DNA of 63,044 nt, counting the filler, from Nanobdellati archaeon (lineage in GTDB: Archaea > Nanobdellota > Nanobdellia > Woesearchaeales > JAADFO01): the NCBI GenBank assembly GCA_013152815.1. It is 8 parts of 8 records of this genome, joined end to end, with 100 filler letters (N's around TTAATTAATTAA, not from the genome) between each part and the next. Parts side by side here need not be neighbours in the genome. Positions count along the whole stretch, not along the records: positions 24,596 to 32,192 come from JAADFO010000022.1; positions 32,293 to 39,880 come from JAADFO010000023.1; 6 more parts are not named here. One strand, given 5' to 3'. Of the stretch, positions 30,410 to 39,166 are shown piece by piece. How positions within the stretch are numbered: the stretch's first letter is position 1; each line of letters opens with the position of its first letter. The position numbers were made by a program, and so were the translations under genes. Under the pieces are notes generated by a model. That model did no database searches and was not told where the DNA came from. It saw only the letters and a program-made list of their open reading frames with translations.

Positions 30410-31396
30410 TTAGCCAAGTTCCCTGAGTGTCTTGTAGAACTCTTGATAGCTGTCAAGATCAGGGAGGTCAAATCCCCTTCCTCTTATTTCCTCGGGCGTC
30501 GTCCTCTTCTCTGAAGCAATTACGACTGTGCTGATCGCACTTCTGCAATCCTTGTGCTTCTTCAGTGCGTTGATGGCCTTGTCTTCCTTATCTGCAGCAA
30601 GGTAAGACCGGATTGCCCAGAAGGTCAGATAGTCTGCGCTTGAGGCGCTGCCTGATGAAGAGATAAATCTTCCTCCGCCTTTTGCAGCAACGGCCACATC
30701 TGCCAACTTGCTATAAAAATCCCCGAGTTTTTCTAAAGCAACCTCTGTTCCTGCTGAGTAAAGGAGATGCTCAATGTTCTCTGCATCCGGATTGTTAAAG
30801 TACCAGCCAGAGAGGTTCGATGGAACAAACCATACCTCTCCAGGGAGCAAAGATATCAGTTCATCTGCCAGGTCTGTTTGCGCCTCTGGTGTAAGCGTTT
30901 TATCATAAATGCGTTTGTTCTCTTTCTTATCCATATGTTGTCGTTCAGAAAGTATTCTTTTTTTAGTAAAAGCCGAATGTTCTTTGTGATCCTTATCAGC
31001 AGAGATAAGCACATAATCCTTGACATTGAATGTGTATATCTCTCCGTTGTCGTGTTCAGTATTTCCTTTACCTACCTTATGTTCAAGAAAAAATTCCTTC
31101 TTATTCAGAGTCTGGATATCAAGACTTGAAAAAGAATCATCGAAATCATCGAGGCGCAGTATATATTTCTCAACAGCATTCTTCACTCCTCCGATATTCT
31201 CTTTTTTCGCATATGGTCTCATGACTGATTCAAATCCTCTATCAAATTTGATGTTTATCTCCCCATAACTTCTGCAGTGAGGAAGATCTATCCGTTCTAT
31301 CTCTTTTTTCAAGATATCCACGTTTGGCAGCTCTTCAAGTAATTTGACAATTCTTTGATACAGTGTTTCGTTTCTTTGATACGGTGTTCCAGCCAT
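30410..31396 (-). CDS. Hypothetical protein
   Basis: 328-aa open frame with upstream GGGGTG RBS-like site; visibly more AT-rich in its 5' half; no recognised motif. Confidence 0.7.
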   Translation of the reverse strand: MAGTPYQRNETLYQRIVKLLEELPNVDILKKEIERIDLPHCRSYGEINIKFDRGFESVMRPYAKKENIGGVKNAVEKYILRLDDFDDSFSSLDIQTLNKKEFFLEHKVGKGNTEHDNGEIYTFNVKDYVLISADKDHKEHSAFTKKRILSERQHMDKKENKRIYDKTLTPEAQTDLADELISLLPGEVWFVPSNLSGWYFNNPDAENIEHLLYSAGTEVALEKLGDFYSKLADVAVAAKGGGRFISSSGSASSADYLTFWAIRSYLAADKEDKAINALKKHKDCRSAISTVVIASEKRTTPEEIRGRGFDLPDLDSYQEFYKTLRELG

Positions 31397-31532
31397 TGTT
31401 CATTCACCCCGTCTGTGGCAATATTTAACCACTTGATAGTGATATTATAGTTGGTGGGGTTTATCAATCTTTTTTCTTGAATTCCAGTCAAAACGATAAC
31501 TCTTAAATAGAATTAAGGGCATATGACTGAAT

Positions 31533-32192
31533 ATGCGTGTAAGATTAGACCTTAAGGATAGAAAACTTATCTATGAGCTTGACATCGACAGCAGGCAGTC
31601 TGCTTCAAGACTCGCAAAGAAAGTCGGCATCTCAAAGCAGGGCTGCACTTACAAGATCAGGAAACTCTTTGAAAAAGGCATCCTGACATCAACGCTTGCC
31701 ATCCTCAACACGCCGTTGATGGGCCATCTCTCCTTCAGGATGTACTTCAAGCTCATCGACATCTCTCCAGAAAAAGAAGAATTGTTTCGGCACTGGCTCA
31801 CAGAACATCGATTGATACCCTGGCTCGTCGGCTGTGAAGGCATCTGGGATTATATCATCGTTGTCTTCCCTACAAATTTTGCAGAGTTCCAACAATTCTC
31901 ACAAGAACTCAACAATGATTGGGGTGATTACATCGAAAGAAAAGATATTGCTCTGGTAACAGAAGCCCATCACTTCAGAGCAGGTTATCTTCTCGGAAAG
32001 AAAACAGATCTGCAGCCGTTAACGTATGGTGGGCAGCCACAGGAAATCTACAAACTTGATGAGATTGACAACAACATTCTTTCCTTATTGAGTGCAGATG
32101 CAAGAATTGGTCTGGTGGAGATGGGGAAGAAACTCAAGATGCCAGCAAAGAGCGTCAGCTACCGCGTCAAAAAACTAGAGGATGCAGGCATG
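31533..32192 (+). CDS. Lrp/AsnC-family transcriptional regulator with two HTH units, 3'-truncated
   Basis: LDLKDRKLIYELDIDSRQS...LAKKVGISK and a second unit LDEIDNNILSLLSADAR...YRVKKLE. Confidence 0.88.
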
Positions 32193-32292
32193 NNNNNNNN
32201 NNNNNNNNNNNNNNNNNNNNNNNNNNNNNNNNNNNNTTAATTAATTAANNNNNNNNNNNNNNNNNNNNNNNNNNNNNNNNNNNNNNNNNNNN
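32193..32292. other. Artificial contig spacer
   Basis: N-run with TTAATTAATTAA. Confidence 0.99.
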
Positions 32293-32360
32293 GAGGGGAC
32301 CCTCGGTGATCTTCTGGCCGCCAAGGGCCAGAAGCTCGCATAAGCCATTTAATAACAACC

Positions 32361-32566
32361 TGAGTCGTCCCACTATGGGCGGCTGCCGTAACACGGTAGT
32401 CGTTCATAGGAAGGGTACGGCTCAACTGTCTCTGGTTACGGGCTCTGAGAACGCCCGTAAATTCAGGGACAAAATAACCAAGAGGGCGAGAGAGAAGAAG
32501 GCCCGCGCCGAGCTTGAGAGATTGTTCTCCAGGCTTGGTGAGAAGGGTTAGATTCTCTATTCGCCC
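32361..32566 (+). ncRNA. Three consecutive long stem-loops: candidate structured RNA or processing sites
   Basis: Pairings seen: TGAGTCGTCCC..CTATGGGCGGCTGCCG with CGGTAGTCGTTCATAG..GGGTACGGCTCA (32361-32424); TGTCTCTG..TTACGGGC with GCCCGTAA..CAGGGACA (32427-32471); GGGCGAGAGAGAA..GCCGAGCTTG with CAGGCTTGGT..TTCTCTATTCGCCC (32484-32566). Several G-U pairs favour the + strand. Confidence 0.5.
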
Positions 32567-32582
32567 GAAAGGAGAAAAAGTC

Positions 32583-32795
32583 ATGGCGAAGATGATGAAA
32601 TTCGAACTCGATTTTTCGGAGCAGAGAGTATTCTGCTCCGAGAACACAACGGATCCTGAGAGGAGGGAGATGTATCATCAATCTCCCGAATCTTGGAGGA
32701 GGAAGAGGGGACTCGACATCGAGTTTCCGAAGCCCACTCAAGAGCAGATTGAGCGGGCGAGAAAGGACTACGAGGAGTTTATTGATATCCCGTAG
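32583..32795 (+). CDS. Hypothetical viral protein
   Basis: GAAAGGAG site before ATG 32583. Confidence 0.7.
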   Translation: MAKMMKFELDFSEQRVFCSENTTDPERREMYHQSPESWRRKRGLDIEFPKPTQEQIERARKDYEEFIDIP

Positions 32796-32813
32796 TCCGA
32801 GTAGGGGCTAACA

Positions 32814-33104
32814 ATGAACCAGATCCCAGACCGGCCCCAGAAGATCTTCGTGAGTGGCAGGGCATTAGCCTACTCAGAAGAAGAGATACTGGGGTTCGAG
32901 GAGAAGGAGATCTTCGGTGTCTTGTTAGGGCAAGACGTTCTTGTCCCCGTAGCAGAGAGGGCAGAAATCGTCTGGAAGCTTGATCCGAGGAAGATTTCAG
33001 TCAGTGATGGCTGGATCATCATCGAGATCAAGGATTCCTATGACACTAGCACTGAGGAGTATATTCCTATTCTCTCGGTCTGGGACGAGGTAAAGAAAGC
33101 TTAA
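32814..33104 (+). CDS. Hypothetical viral protein
   Basis: 96-aa ORF in the co-directional array. Confidence 0.7.
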   Translation: MNQIPDRPQKIFVSGRALAYSEEEILGFEEKEIFGVLLGQDVLVPVAERAEIVWKLDPRKISVSDGWIIIEIKDSYDTSTEEYIPILSVWDEVKKA

Positions 33105-33141
33105 CAATTCTCGGCAAGTAGCCGGGAGAAAGGAGAGAGTC

Positions 33142-33552
33142 ATGAGAACTGGTGATTTTTTGAAGAAAGTCTTCGGGATTGAACCCGAAGATAGGTTTTA
33201 TGACTTCCGAACAAAGAGAGGAAGCATCTGGGGCTGTCATCCCAATGCTGATTTCTACTCGGAAGAGGATCTCCCCGACCATATAGCGGCGGTGGAGATT
33301 GGAGATATCCCCACGGGGAAGGAGACTCGGAGCGAAGTAAGCTCCGATATCGCCTTCATCTACAGGGAGATGAAAAGGACTTGGCTGCTCCCCTCTGGTG
33401 AAACAGAGGTGGAGATACATGAAGTCAAGGACAGGATCGAGACATCTCCTGAGCTTGAGGGGCATGATATCTGCTGGTACTGCGGAACAGATAACGGCCC
33501 CAACGGAGAAGATCGGATGGGATTTGACTGCTGCTTCTGCGGCAGTAACTAA
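33142..33552 (+). CDS. Hypothetical viral protein with C-terminal Zn-ribbon-like motif
   Basis: GAAAGGAG site; CWYC...CCFC. Confidence 0.72.
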   Translation: MRTGDFLKKVFGIEPEDRFYDFRTKRGSIWGCHPNADFYSEEDLPDHIAAVEIGDIPTGKETRSEVSSDIAFIYREMKRTWLLPSGETEVEIHEVKDRIETSPELEGHDICWYCGTDNGPNGEDRMGFDCCFCGSN

Positions 33553-33589
33553 CAAAGGGGATCAGTAAGTCCCCGAAAGGAGAGAGAAA

Positions 33590-34444
33590 ATGAAGTACAT
33601 CGTCACCCACAGCGGACAGGCGCACGCGGACGACTTTTTAGCGTGCTGCTTTGCGCTGAGCACATGCGATTGGTTCCCGCCAGTCTATCGGCGGGAGCCA
33701 ACTGAAGAGGAGTTAGAGGATCCGGAGGTCCTGGTCCTCGATGTTGGCGGTCGGCATGAGCCCGAAAAGGGCAATTTCGACCACCATCAGCTCCCGAGGG
33801 ATGCAGAGCCAGAGTGCGCTTTGTCTCTGTATTCGCGGTATCTAGGAGGTAAGAACGGACCTCTGGGACTTACTGGGCTTAACTCCAAGCTGGAGTATCA
33901 AGGCTGGTATGAGACCCTGAAGGTCTTGGACTCCAAAGGCCCCTTTGCCCTGGCAAAAGCAAAGGGCTGGGAGAAGTTCCCGTTCGAACTTCTCTCCCCA
34001 GTTGCAAAAGGAGTTCTGGAGATATTCCAGGCCGAAGAGGAGGTTCCGGATTACCTCCGGAAACTGATGTCGGCCATTGGAAAAAACACCATTGACGCCA
34101 CTATTAAGTTCGCAAGTGGTGTTGATAGGTGCTCCAGGCTGCCGCGAAAGGAGGTTAAGGGCATTGAAGTGCTCGTGAACGAGAGCACTGATGCCACTGG
34201 CCTCCAGGAGGGAAGAGATCGCCTGGTCGCCGAGGGACATGACATTGCAGCATGCGTGTCTCATGATGACCGAGGCAATGGCTGGGCGCTGTACCGCTTC
34301 AGCGACCATGAGCGCGTGGACTTCAGCGTGCTCAAGGACGATGAGCGGGTGCTGTTCGCCCATGCCAATGGCTTTATTGCCAAAACCAAGGAGCTTCTGT
34401 CCTTGGACGAGGTAATAGAGCTGGTAGCCAAGGCGATCAAGTAG
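33590..34444 (+). CDS. MYG1-family (DHH-like) metal-dependent hydrolase / exonuclease
   Basis: VTHSGQAHADD, LDVGG.HEP..GNFDHHQ and VLFAHANGFI match the MYG1 motifs THxGxFHxDE, DVGG, FDHHQ and FxHxxGFI. Confidence 0.85.
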   Translation: MKYIVTHSGQAHADDFLACCFALSTCDWFPPVYRREPTEEELEDPEVLVLDVGGRHEPEKGNFDHHQLPRDAEPECALSLYSRYLGGKNGPLGLTGLNSKLEYQGWYETLKVLDSKGPFALAKAKGWEKFPFELLSPVAKGVLEIFQAEEEVPDYLRKLMSAIGKNTIDATIKFASGVDRCSRLPRKEVKGIEVLVNESTDATGLQEGRDRLVAEGHDIAACVSHDDRGNGWALYRFSDHERVDFSVLKDDERVLFAHANGFIAKTKELLSLDEVIELVAKAIK

Positions 34445-34454
34445 AGGTTTCTTT

Positions 34455-34505
34455 AGCTGATAGGAGATAGCCGGTCCTATCCCGGCGTTTCCTATCAGCT
34501 TTTTC
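34455..34505 (+). terminator. Stem-loop with T tail after the MYG1-like gene
   Basis: AGCTGATAGGA...TCCTATCAGCT followed by TTTT. Confidence 0.6.
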
Positions 34506-34532
34506 TGTAACTAGTCATAAAAGGAGGAAGAA

Positions 34533-34829
34533 ATGGCTACAGAAAACGAATTGAGAGCAGAGCTTCTGGAGAGAGCAGAGGCAATGGACCGCTGCTGGAG
34601 GGAACTTTACTGTGTTTGCCTGGCAGGGGAACTTGCCAGGAAAGAACTCGGGGATGTCCAAACAGCCCCCGAGAAAGAGGTGAGAGAGACTCTGGAGGTA
34701 TTGCTTACGGCAACTTCAGGGATCTTCTACACCCATGTTAATCAAGAGGCAGAGCCAATAGATGCAGCTCTGCTTCTTGAAGAGCTGTTGGAGATAGCAA
34801 AGGATGAACTCAACAAGGAGGTAAAGTGA
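34533..34829 (+). CDS. Hypothetical viral protein
   Basis: AAAAGGAGGAAGAAATG start. Confidence 0.72.
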   Translation: MATENELRAELLERAEAMDRCWRELYCVCLAGELARKELGDVQTAPEKEVRETLEVLLTATSGIFYTHVNQEAEPIDAALLLEELLEIAKDELNKEVK

Positions 34830-35020
34830 TGCAGAACGAGACAAGAGAACGTTTCAGCAGGGCTATTTGTAATGGCCCTATTAGCAGGATCTCGGGAGTG
34901 CCGATAGCAGGAAAGCCCAGCTTATTTGAATTCGCTGTGGTTTTCCCCTTTGCGCTCGCGGGAAGTGCAATTATTGCTGTACGCAAGACGGTAAAAGCGT
35001 TCAGCAGGAAGGAGAAATAA
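34829..35020 (+). CDS. Small hypothetical membrane protein
   Basis: AAGGAGG site; hydrophobic stretch FAVVFPFALAGSAIIAV. Confidence 0.6.
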   Translation: MQNETRERFSRAICNGPISRISGVPIAGKPSLFEFAVVFPFALAGSAIIAVRKTVKAFSRKEK

Positions 35021-35209
35021 GATGGTGAAAGACACGAATTCTCCAAGGATTCCGGCCACTTTGAACGGTCGGGAGCCTAAAATGGAGGAGAGTAAACTGC
35101 CAAGGGATTGGTTCCCGTTGGTAGAGTTGACAATTGCTGTCGTTACGCTCGGCAGCTTAATATTTCCCCTGGTGCTTTTGGCACTGGGAGATCTGTAGGA
35201 GGTAACGGT

Positions 35210-35821
35210 ATGATGACTCCAAACGATGTCAAGAAACTGGTAGAGAGGACTCTTAGAGGGTTGAGCTGGCTCAATCCTCACCTCAAAGAAGTGAGACTGG
35301 TGGGTTCACAGGCTGCACAGCCTGATAGGCCAGTAAGACCGTTCCACGATGTGGATATCCTTTTGGTATTCCATAAGGATAGCCCGTGGTGGATTAAGGC
35401 TGGTCTCAGTCAGAATATGGCAGACGCATCATTCAACTGGGACGCCAGTATGAAGGATACTCTATTGGCTCCGATAGATATTAGGAAGATCTATCCGTCA
35501 ATGGTGTACTCGATTGCTGGGATGACATTCACCCAGATAGCAACTCAGCTCAACATGCCAGTATTTGAGTCAATTCCTGCTGTTGGCTCTCTCCGAGATC
35601 TGGCGATACCAGTAGATATCTTTTCGTGCACTGAGGGCTGGAAACAGCCAGAAAGCTGGAAAGATACTCCACTCAAGAAAAAGTGGAGATCCAAGAGGAA
35701 GGAGATATTCCGCAAGAGTGTCCTGCTAAACATTCTTGCCCTAGCAATCCCAGGATTGGTAATGGGGACAGAACTGCTATGCAGGATAGGATACAAACTC
35801 GACAAAAGGCTGAATGCCTGA
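35210..35821 (+). CDS. Pol-beta-superfamily nucleotidyltransferase-domain protein
   Basis: VRLVGSQA...HDVDILLV (GS...DxD) with a distal PVDIF; AGGAGG upstream of ATG 35210. Confidence 0.72.
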   Translation: MMTPNDVKKLVERTLRGLSWLNPHLKEVRLVGSQAAQPDRPVRPFHDVDILLVFHKDSPWWIKAGLSQNMADASFNWDASMKDTLLAPIDIRKIYPSMVYSIAGMTFTQIATQLNMPVFESIPAVGSLRDLAIPVDIFSCTEGWKQPESWKDTPLKKKWRSKRKEIFRKSVLLNILALAIPGLVMGTELLCRIGYKLDKRLNA

Positions 35822-35833
35822 AAGGAGAGAGAA

Positions 35834-36115
35834 GTGTTTAGAAAAATGAGAAGGCAGAAGATGCCGAAAAAGGTAAAGAAAATCATCAGGGAGATGATGG
35901 AATACACTGATTCCACATCGGATGATTACGCTGCCAGTCACGGCCAAGAGGTAGCGGCGAAGCTGAGAGGCTTCAAGCGCCGATTGGAAGAGACTGGTGA
36001 GAAAGGAGAAGTGGTGGAGATGGCTGTTCAAGCCATCGACATGATTTCAGCAATCCTCGGTGATTGTGGCTATCTCATTGACACGATTACCGAACTCAAG
36101 AATAGGGAGGTGTGA
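35834..36115 (+). CDS. Hypothetical viral protein
   Basis: GAAAGGAGAGAGAA before GTG. Confidence 0.68.
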   Translation: MFRKMRRQKMPKKVKKIIREMMEYTDSTSDDYAASHGQEVAAKLRGFKRRLEETGEKGEVVEMAVQAIDMISAILGDCGYLIDTITELKNREV

Positions 36116-36116
36116 G

Positions 36117-36245
36117 ATGAAGGGATTCATTATTTTGGTTTTGATCGCCGGAGCAATCCTGGGCGCAACTGGCCCAGCCGAGGCGATCCGACTCGTAGCT
36201 GATGGACTGGCGCAGCTTGTGCTGGCCATCATTTCAATTCTCTAA
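36117..36245 (+). CDS. Small membrane protein
   Basis: GGAGGTG site; MKGFIILVLIAGAILG...LAQLVLAIISIL has two hydrophobic segments. Confidence 0.6.
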   Translation: MKGFIILVLIAGAILGATGPAEAIRLVADGLAQLVLAIISIL

Positions 36246-36257
36246 AGGAGGTGTGTT

Positions 36258-36686
36258 ATGTTGGAACTGATCACTAACAGAAATGTTCTCAGGCACGAGA
36301 GGGGAGTTCCTTCTCCTGTCAGGCTCCAGGTCTGGGTGAGATTCTATAGCCCTAAGACCCTGGAATTGTTCCTGAATCCGGATCGGCCCTGGATTTCTCT
36401 TGAGGCCGCGAGGAAGATGGTAGAAGACACCAAGACGAAAGCCTGGTTCGCCCAGGTCAAGAACGTCAAGGCCTTCAAGATATCTTCCAAGTCCGGAGAG
36501 GAGGAAACCGGATTGATCCCGGTGGATACTCCTCTGAAGGCGCTTGTTCATGCTGTAAAGAGCGGTGACAAGCAGTACTTTAGGGTACGCTTGATCACCG
36601 GAACAAGGGACGAATGGAAGGAACACGAACTTCCTGAGAGGTTCAAGGTACTGCCTTCCAAGTTCGTTCCCAGGAAAAGCTGCTAG
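36258..36686 (+). CDS. Hypothetical viral protein
   Basis: AAGGAGGTG site; 142 aa. Confidence 0.72.
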   Translation: MLELITNRNVLRHERGVPSPVRLQVWVRFYSPKTLELFLNPDRPWISLEAARKMVEDTKTKAWFAQVKNVKAFKISSKSGEEETGLIPVDTPLKALVHAVKSGDKQYFRVRLITGTRDEWKEHELPERFKVLPSKFVPRKSC

Positions 36687-36697
36687 GAGTCCAATCC

Positions 36698-36740
36698 ACT
36701 AGATATAGGGCAGGGTCCGACCCCCTGTTCTATATCTAGT
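36698..36740 (+). terminator. Intergenic long hairpin (terminator or processing site)
   Basis: ACTAGATATAGGGCAGGG...CCCTGTTCTATATCTAGT inverted repeat; no T tail. Confidence 0.45.
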
Positions 36741-36768
36741 ACCTAACAACAACAAAAAGGAGGAAGAA

Positions 36769-37392
36769 ATGACAAAGGAGGAAGCGATGGAGACTTTGAA
36801 GAAGCGATTCTATAAAGCCTCCAAGAAGAGATTGATCCTGATGAGGATCGAAGGAGAAAGGGAAAAGCTCATGTACGAGGGCCTTGGGCTTGTCATGGAT
36901 GTGGCAGACAAGCCTACCAAGATCATCGAGATTGGTGGGACAAGAGTGCCTGTCATCATTTATGATGATGCTTGCAAGGCCAAAGGGATATTTCCCAATG
37001 AAATCAACATGATAAGCATGCACAATGGGATCTATCCATTCATCATAGCGACAAGTGCTGTGATGGAGTTGAGCGAGGATGAGCTGCTTGGCTTTGTCGC
37101 CCATGAGATTGGGCACCAGAGACTCAATCACACTATAGGTGATTGGGTAGATAAAGCTATGGGTAAGTTCAGCCTGATAGATGGAGAGCTTATTCAGAGC
37201 TATTTCAATGCGATAGCTATGGATGCTTCGCTTGAGATAGCAGCAGATAGAGTTGCATTCAAACTTGGCTATGGGGCCGGGCTGCTTAAATGTCTTGAGA
37301 GGCCCAACTTCTGTGTCATAAACACGACTATAGCCGAGGTAACAAAGAAAAGGGTCAGGGAGCTTAAAAGGCTTCTGGCTCGAAAGGAGTAA
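36769..37392 (+). CDS. HEXXH zinc metallopeptidase, M48/HtpX-like
   Basis: LSEDELLGFVAHEIGH...EIAADRVA...G.GL..CL...RV.EL. Confidence 0.8.
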   Translation: MTKEEAMETLKKRFYKASKKRLILMRIEGEREKLMYEGLGLVMDVADKPTKIIEIGGTRVPVIIYDDACKAKGIFPNEINMISMHNGIYPFIIATSAVMELSEDELLGFVAHEIGHQRLNHTIGDWVDKAMGKFSLIDGELIQSYFNAIAMDASLEIAADRVAFKLGYGAGLLKCLERPNFCVINTTIAEVTKKRVRELKRLLARKE

Positions 37393-37395
37393 GAA

Positions 37396-37974
37396 ATGTA
37401 TACTTTGAGAACTATTGATCCTAAGAAGATCCGCAGGGCTACAGATCGGTTTTGGGCGAGCAGGGATCACGAGACAGTCAATTCGGGATATATAGATGTA
37501 GATGGTGAATCAAACATCGATATCCCCGTTGTTCCTTGCTTTGGCGGGCCTGCAAAAAAGAGAATTCTCATTGGCGGGATAGTCTGCTTGATACAAACTG
37601 GAGAGCTGTTTAGGGTGATTGATATCGAGTGGAGAGATAGCGAGACTCCAGCTAATTATATGGCTATCAGTCTGCGGACGAGCGAAAAACAGGAACTCCA
37701 TCCTGGAGCCTGTTATTACCTGCCAAAGCTGTGGATAAAATATCTGGAGGAAGAGATGGGAGTGAGAGTCAATGCAGAAACGACTGATCATCCTATTTGC
37801 CCTATCTGCGGCAGCCCGCAAACATATTTTCGCGGTGCGCCTGCTTGTGGAAACTGCAATATTTTCCACAACATAGGAGAGTCAGGAAATGGGCTCTGGC
37901 TCAAGATAGACACTCTTGAGCTAGCATATGACCCGAGAGAAGATCAACAATGGGATGACGACATCCCATTTTAA
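37396..37974 (+). CDS. Hypothetical viral protein with Zn ribbon
   Basis: CPICG...CGNC and a C-terminal DDDIPF tail. Confidence 0.72.
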   Translation: MYTLRTIDPKKIRRATDRFWASRDHETVNSGYIDVDGESNIDIPVVPCFGGPAKKRILIGGIVCLIQTGELFRVIDIEWRDSETPANYMAISLRTSEKQELHPGACYYLPKLWIKYLEEEMGVRVNAETTDHPICPICGSPQTYFRGAPACGNCNIFHNIGESGNGLWLKIDTLELAYDPREDQQWDDDIPF

Positions 37975-37987
37975 AGGAGGTAAGACG

Positions 37988-38197
37988 ATGAAGTTCAAGT
38001 TTTTCAAGGACCTGAAAGACAGAGCTGAAAAGTTTGCCACGAGAGTCCAAGTGGACGAGACTGGCTTCTATTACATCCGTAAGGGAGTTGCCGAGTCCAG
38101 CCCGGACTTCTATGAGAATGAGCGAAAGAGAAGGCTTAAGGAGAAGAAGAGGAAGCTCCAGGAAGCCATCAAGAAGCTGGAAGAGGAGGTGAAGTGA
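37988..38197 (+). CDS. Hypothetical viral protein
   Basis: AAGGAGG site; basic coiled-coil C-terminus. Confidence 0.65.
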   Translation: MKFKFFKDLKDRAEKFATRVQVDETGFYYIRKGVAESSPDFYENERKRRLKEKKRKLQEAIKKLEEEVK

Positions 38198-38547
38198 TGG
38201 CTAGTTACCGAGTTATTCTGCGTGATGGATACGACATTCCAGTGGTATGGGCAGAAACAGAACTCTCGTTAGCGGAGACAGTTCTCCAGACAGGAGATCG
38301 GGTTGTCTATCGCAATGTCAAGTCCAGGCAAAAGGCAGAAGAGCTGGTGAAAGTCACAATGTGGCGCGCGTTAAAACACAGAGGAGGTGTCTCGATTAAG
38401 CTTGAGCAACTTGATAATACCAAGATCTGGGTGGCGCGACAGAAAAAGAGCAATAAGATCCTCGGTGCCGGACATGACGTTTGCCGTCTATGTAGCAATT
38501 TCAGGGCTTGCGACTATGACGACAACTCTTGCAGTGTCCTGAGCTAA
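38197..38547 (+). CDS. Hypothetical viral protein, Cys-rich C-terminus
   Basis: GGAGGTG site; CRLC...C...C. Confidence 0.65.
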   Translation: MASYRVILRDGYDIPVVWAETELSLAETVLQTGDRVVYRNVKSRQKAEELVKVTMWRALKHRGGVSIKLEQLDNTKIWVARQKKSNKILGAGHDVCRLCSNFRACDYDDNSCSVLS

Positions 38548-38558
38548 AAGGAGGTAAA

Positions 38559-38741
38559 GTGATGGTTAATTGGCTGGGAGAGATAAGGATTATTGTCGAG
38601 GCCGACACAGAAAAGGAGGCCGAGAGGGATATGAATCGACTTGTTATTGAAATAAGGAGATTAATGTCCCTGAGAGGAATTGTCGGGCATGTTCTGCCCG
38701 AAAGGGTAATAAAGGAAGAGGACTTCGGGAAGGAGGAGTAA
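38559..38741 (+). CDS. Hypothetical viral protein
   Basis: AAAAGGAGG site before GTG/ATG. Confidence 0.6.
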   Translation: MMVNWLGEIRIIVEADTEKEAERDMNRLVIEIRRLMSLRGIVGHVLPERVIKEEDFGKEE

Positions 38742-38912
38742 ATGTTAGAGATAGAGAACCTAGACATAGAGACAGGATGGTATTTCCTGGATAAGACTTC
38801 TGGGGCTTTGATTGGTCCGTATGGAACAAGAGAAGCCGCACAGGAAGGGCTTGAGAGATACGAAGAGGCTCTCAAGGACTATTTTCAGCAAATAGCTGGG
38901 AAGGAGGAGTAA
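38742..38912 (+). CDS. Small hypothetical protein (not in the ORF track)
   Basis: MLEIENLDIETGWYFLDKTSGALIGPYGTREAAQEGLERYEEALKDYFQQIAGKEE*; AAGGAGG site; GWYF...GPY.T.E.A pattern. Confidence 0.65.
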   Translation: MLEIENLDIETGWYFLDKTSGALIGPYGTREAAQEGLERYEEALKDYFQQIAGKEE

Positions 38913-39164
38913 TTGGACTATGCCTATCAGCAGTATCAAATGTTCAGGCTCGTACAGGAGAGCGTGAACAAGAAGAAAAAGGAGGAAGGAGACGACATGG
39001 ACGACTTTGTGGAGACAGTAGTTTGCATGAAGGGAGATTGTAAGCACCGAAAGGGATGTAGGCTATATGATCTCTGGATAGGAGAGTTCATGCCGAAAGT
39101 AGTCAAGAAGTCCACTGGTATGGGATGGAAGTGGACTTGCAAGAGCTTTGAAAAGGAGGAGTAG
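38913..39164 (+). CDS. Hypothetical Cys-containing viral protein
   Basis: C....C.H...C...C pattern; start may be TTG 38913 or ATG 38997. Confidence 0.6.
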   Translation: MDYAYQQYQMFRLVQESVNKKKKEEGDDMDDFVETVVCMKGDCKHRKGCRLYDLWIGEFMPKVVKKSTGMGWKWTCKSFEKEE

Positions 39165-39166
39165 AG

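Noticed and set aside
32293..32343. ORF tail EGTLGDLLAAKGQKLA* reminiscent of ribosomal protein S1 C-termini
   Set aside because: Only 16 residues at a contig edge; too short to support a call.
32361..32566. Hammerhead or other known ribozyme in the viral hairpins
   Set aside because: No CTGAnGA core correctly placed relative to GAAA was found.
37950..37974. DDDIPF tail suggesting a single-stranded DNA-binding protein
   Set aside because: The rest of the protein shows no recognisable OB-fold SSB motifs; the tail alone is insufficient, although SSB-tail mimicry is conceivable.
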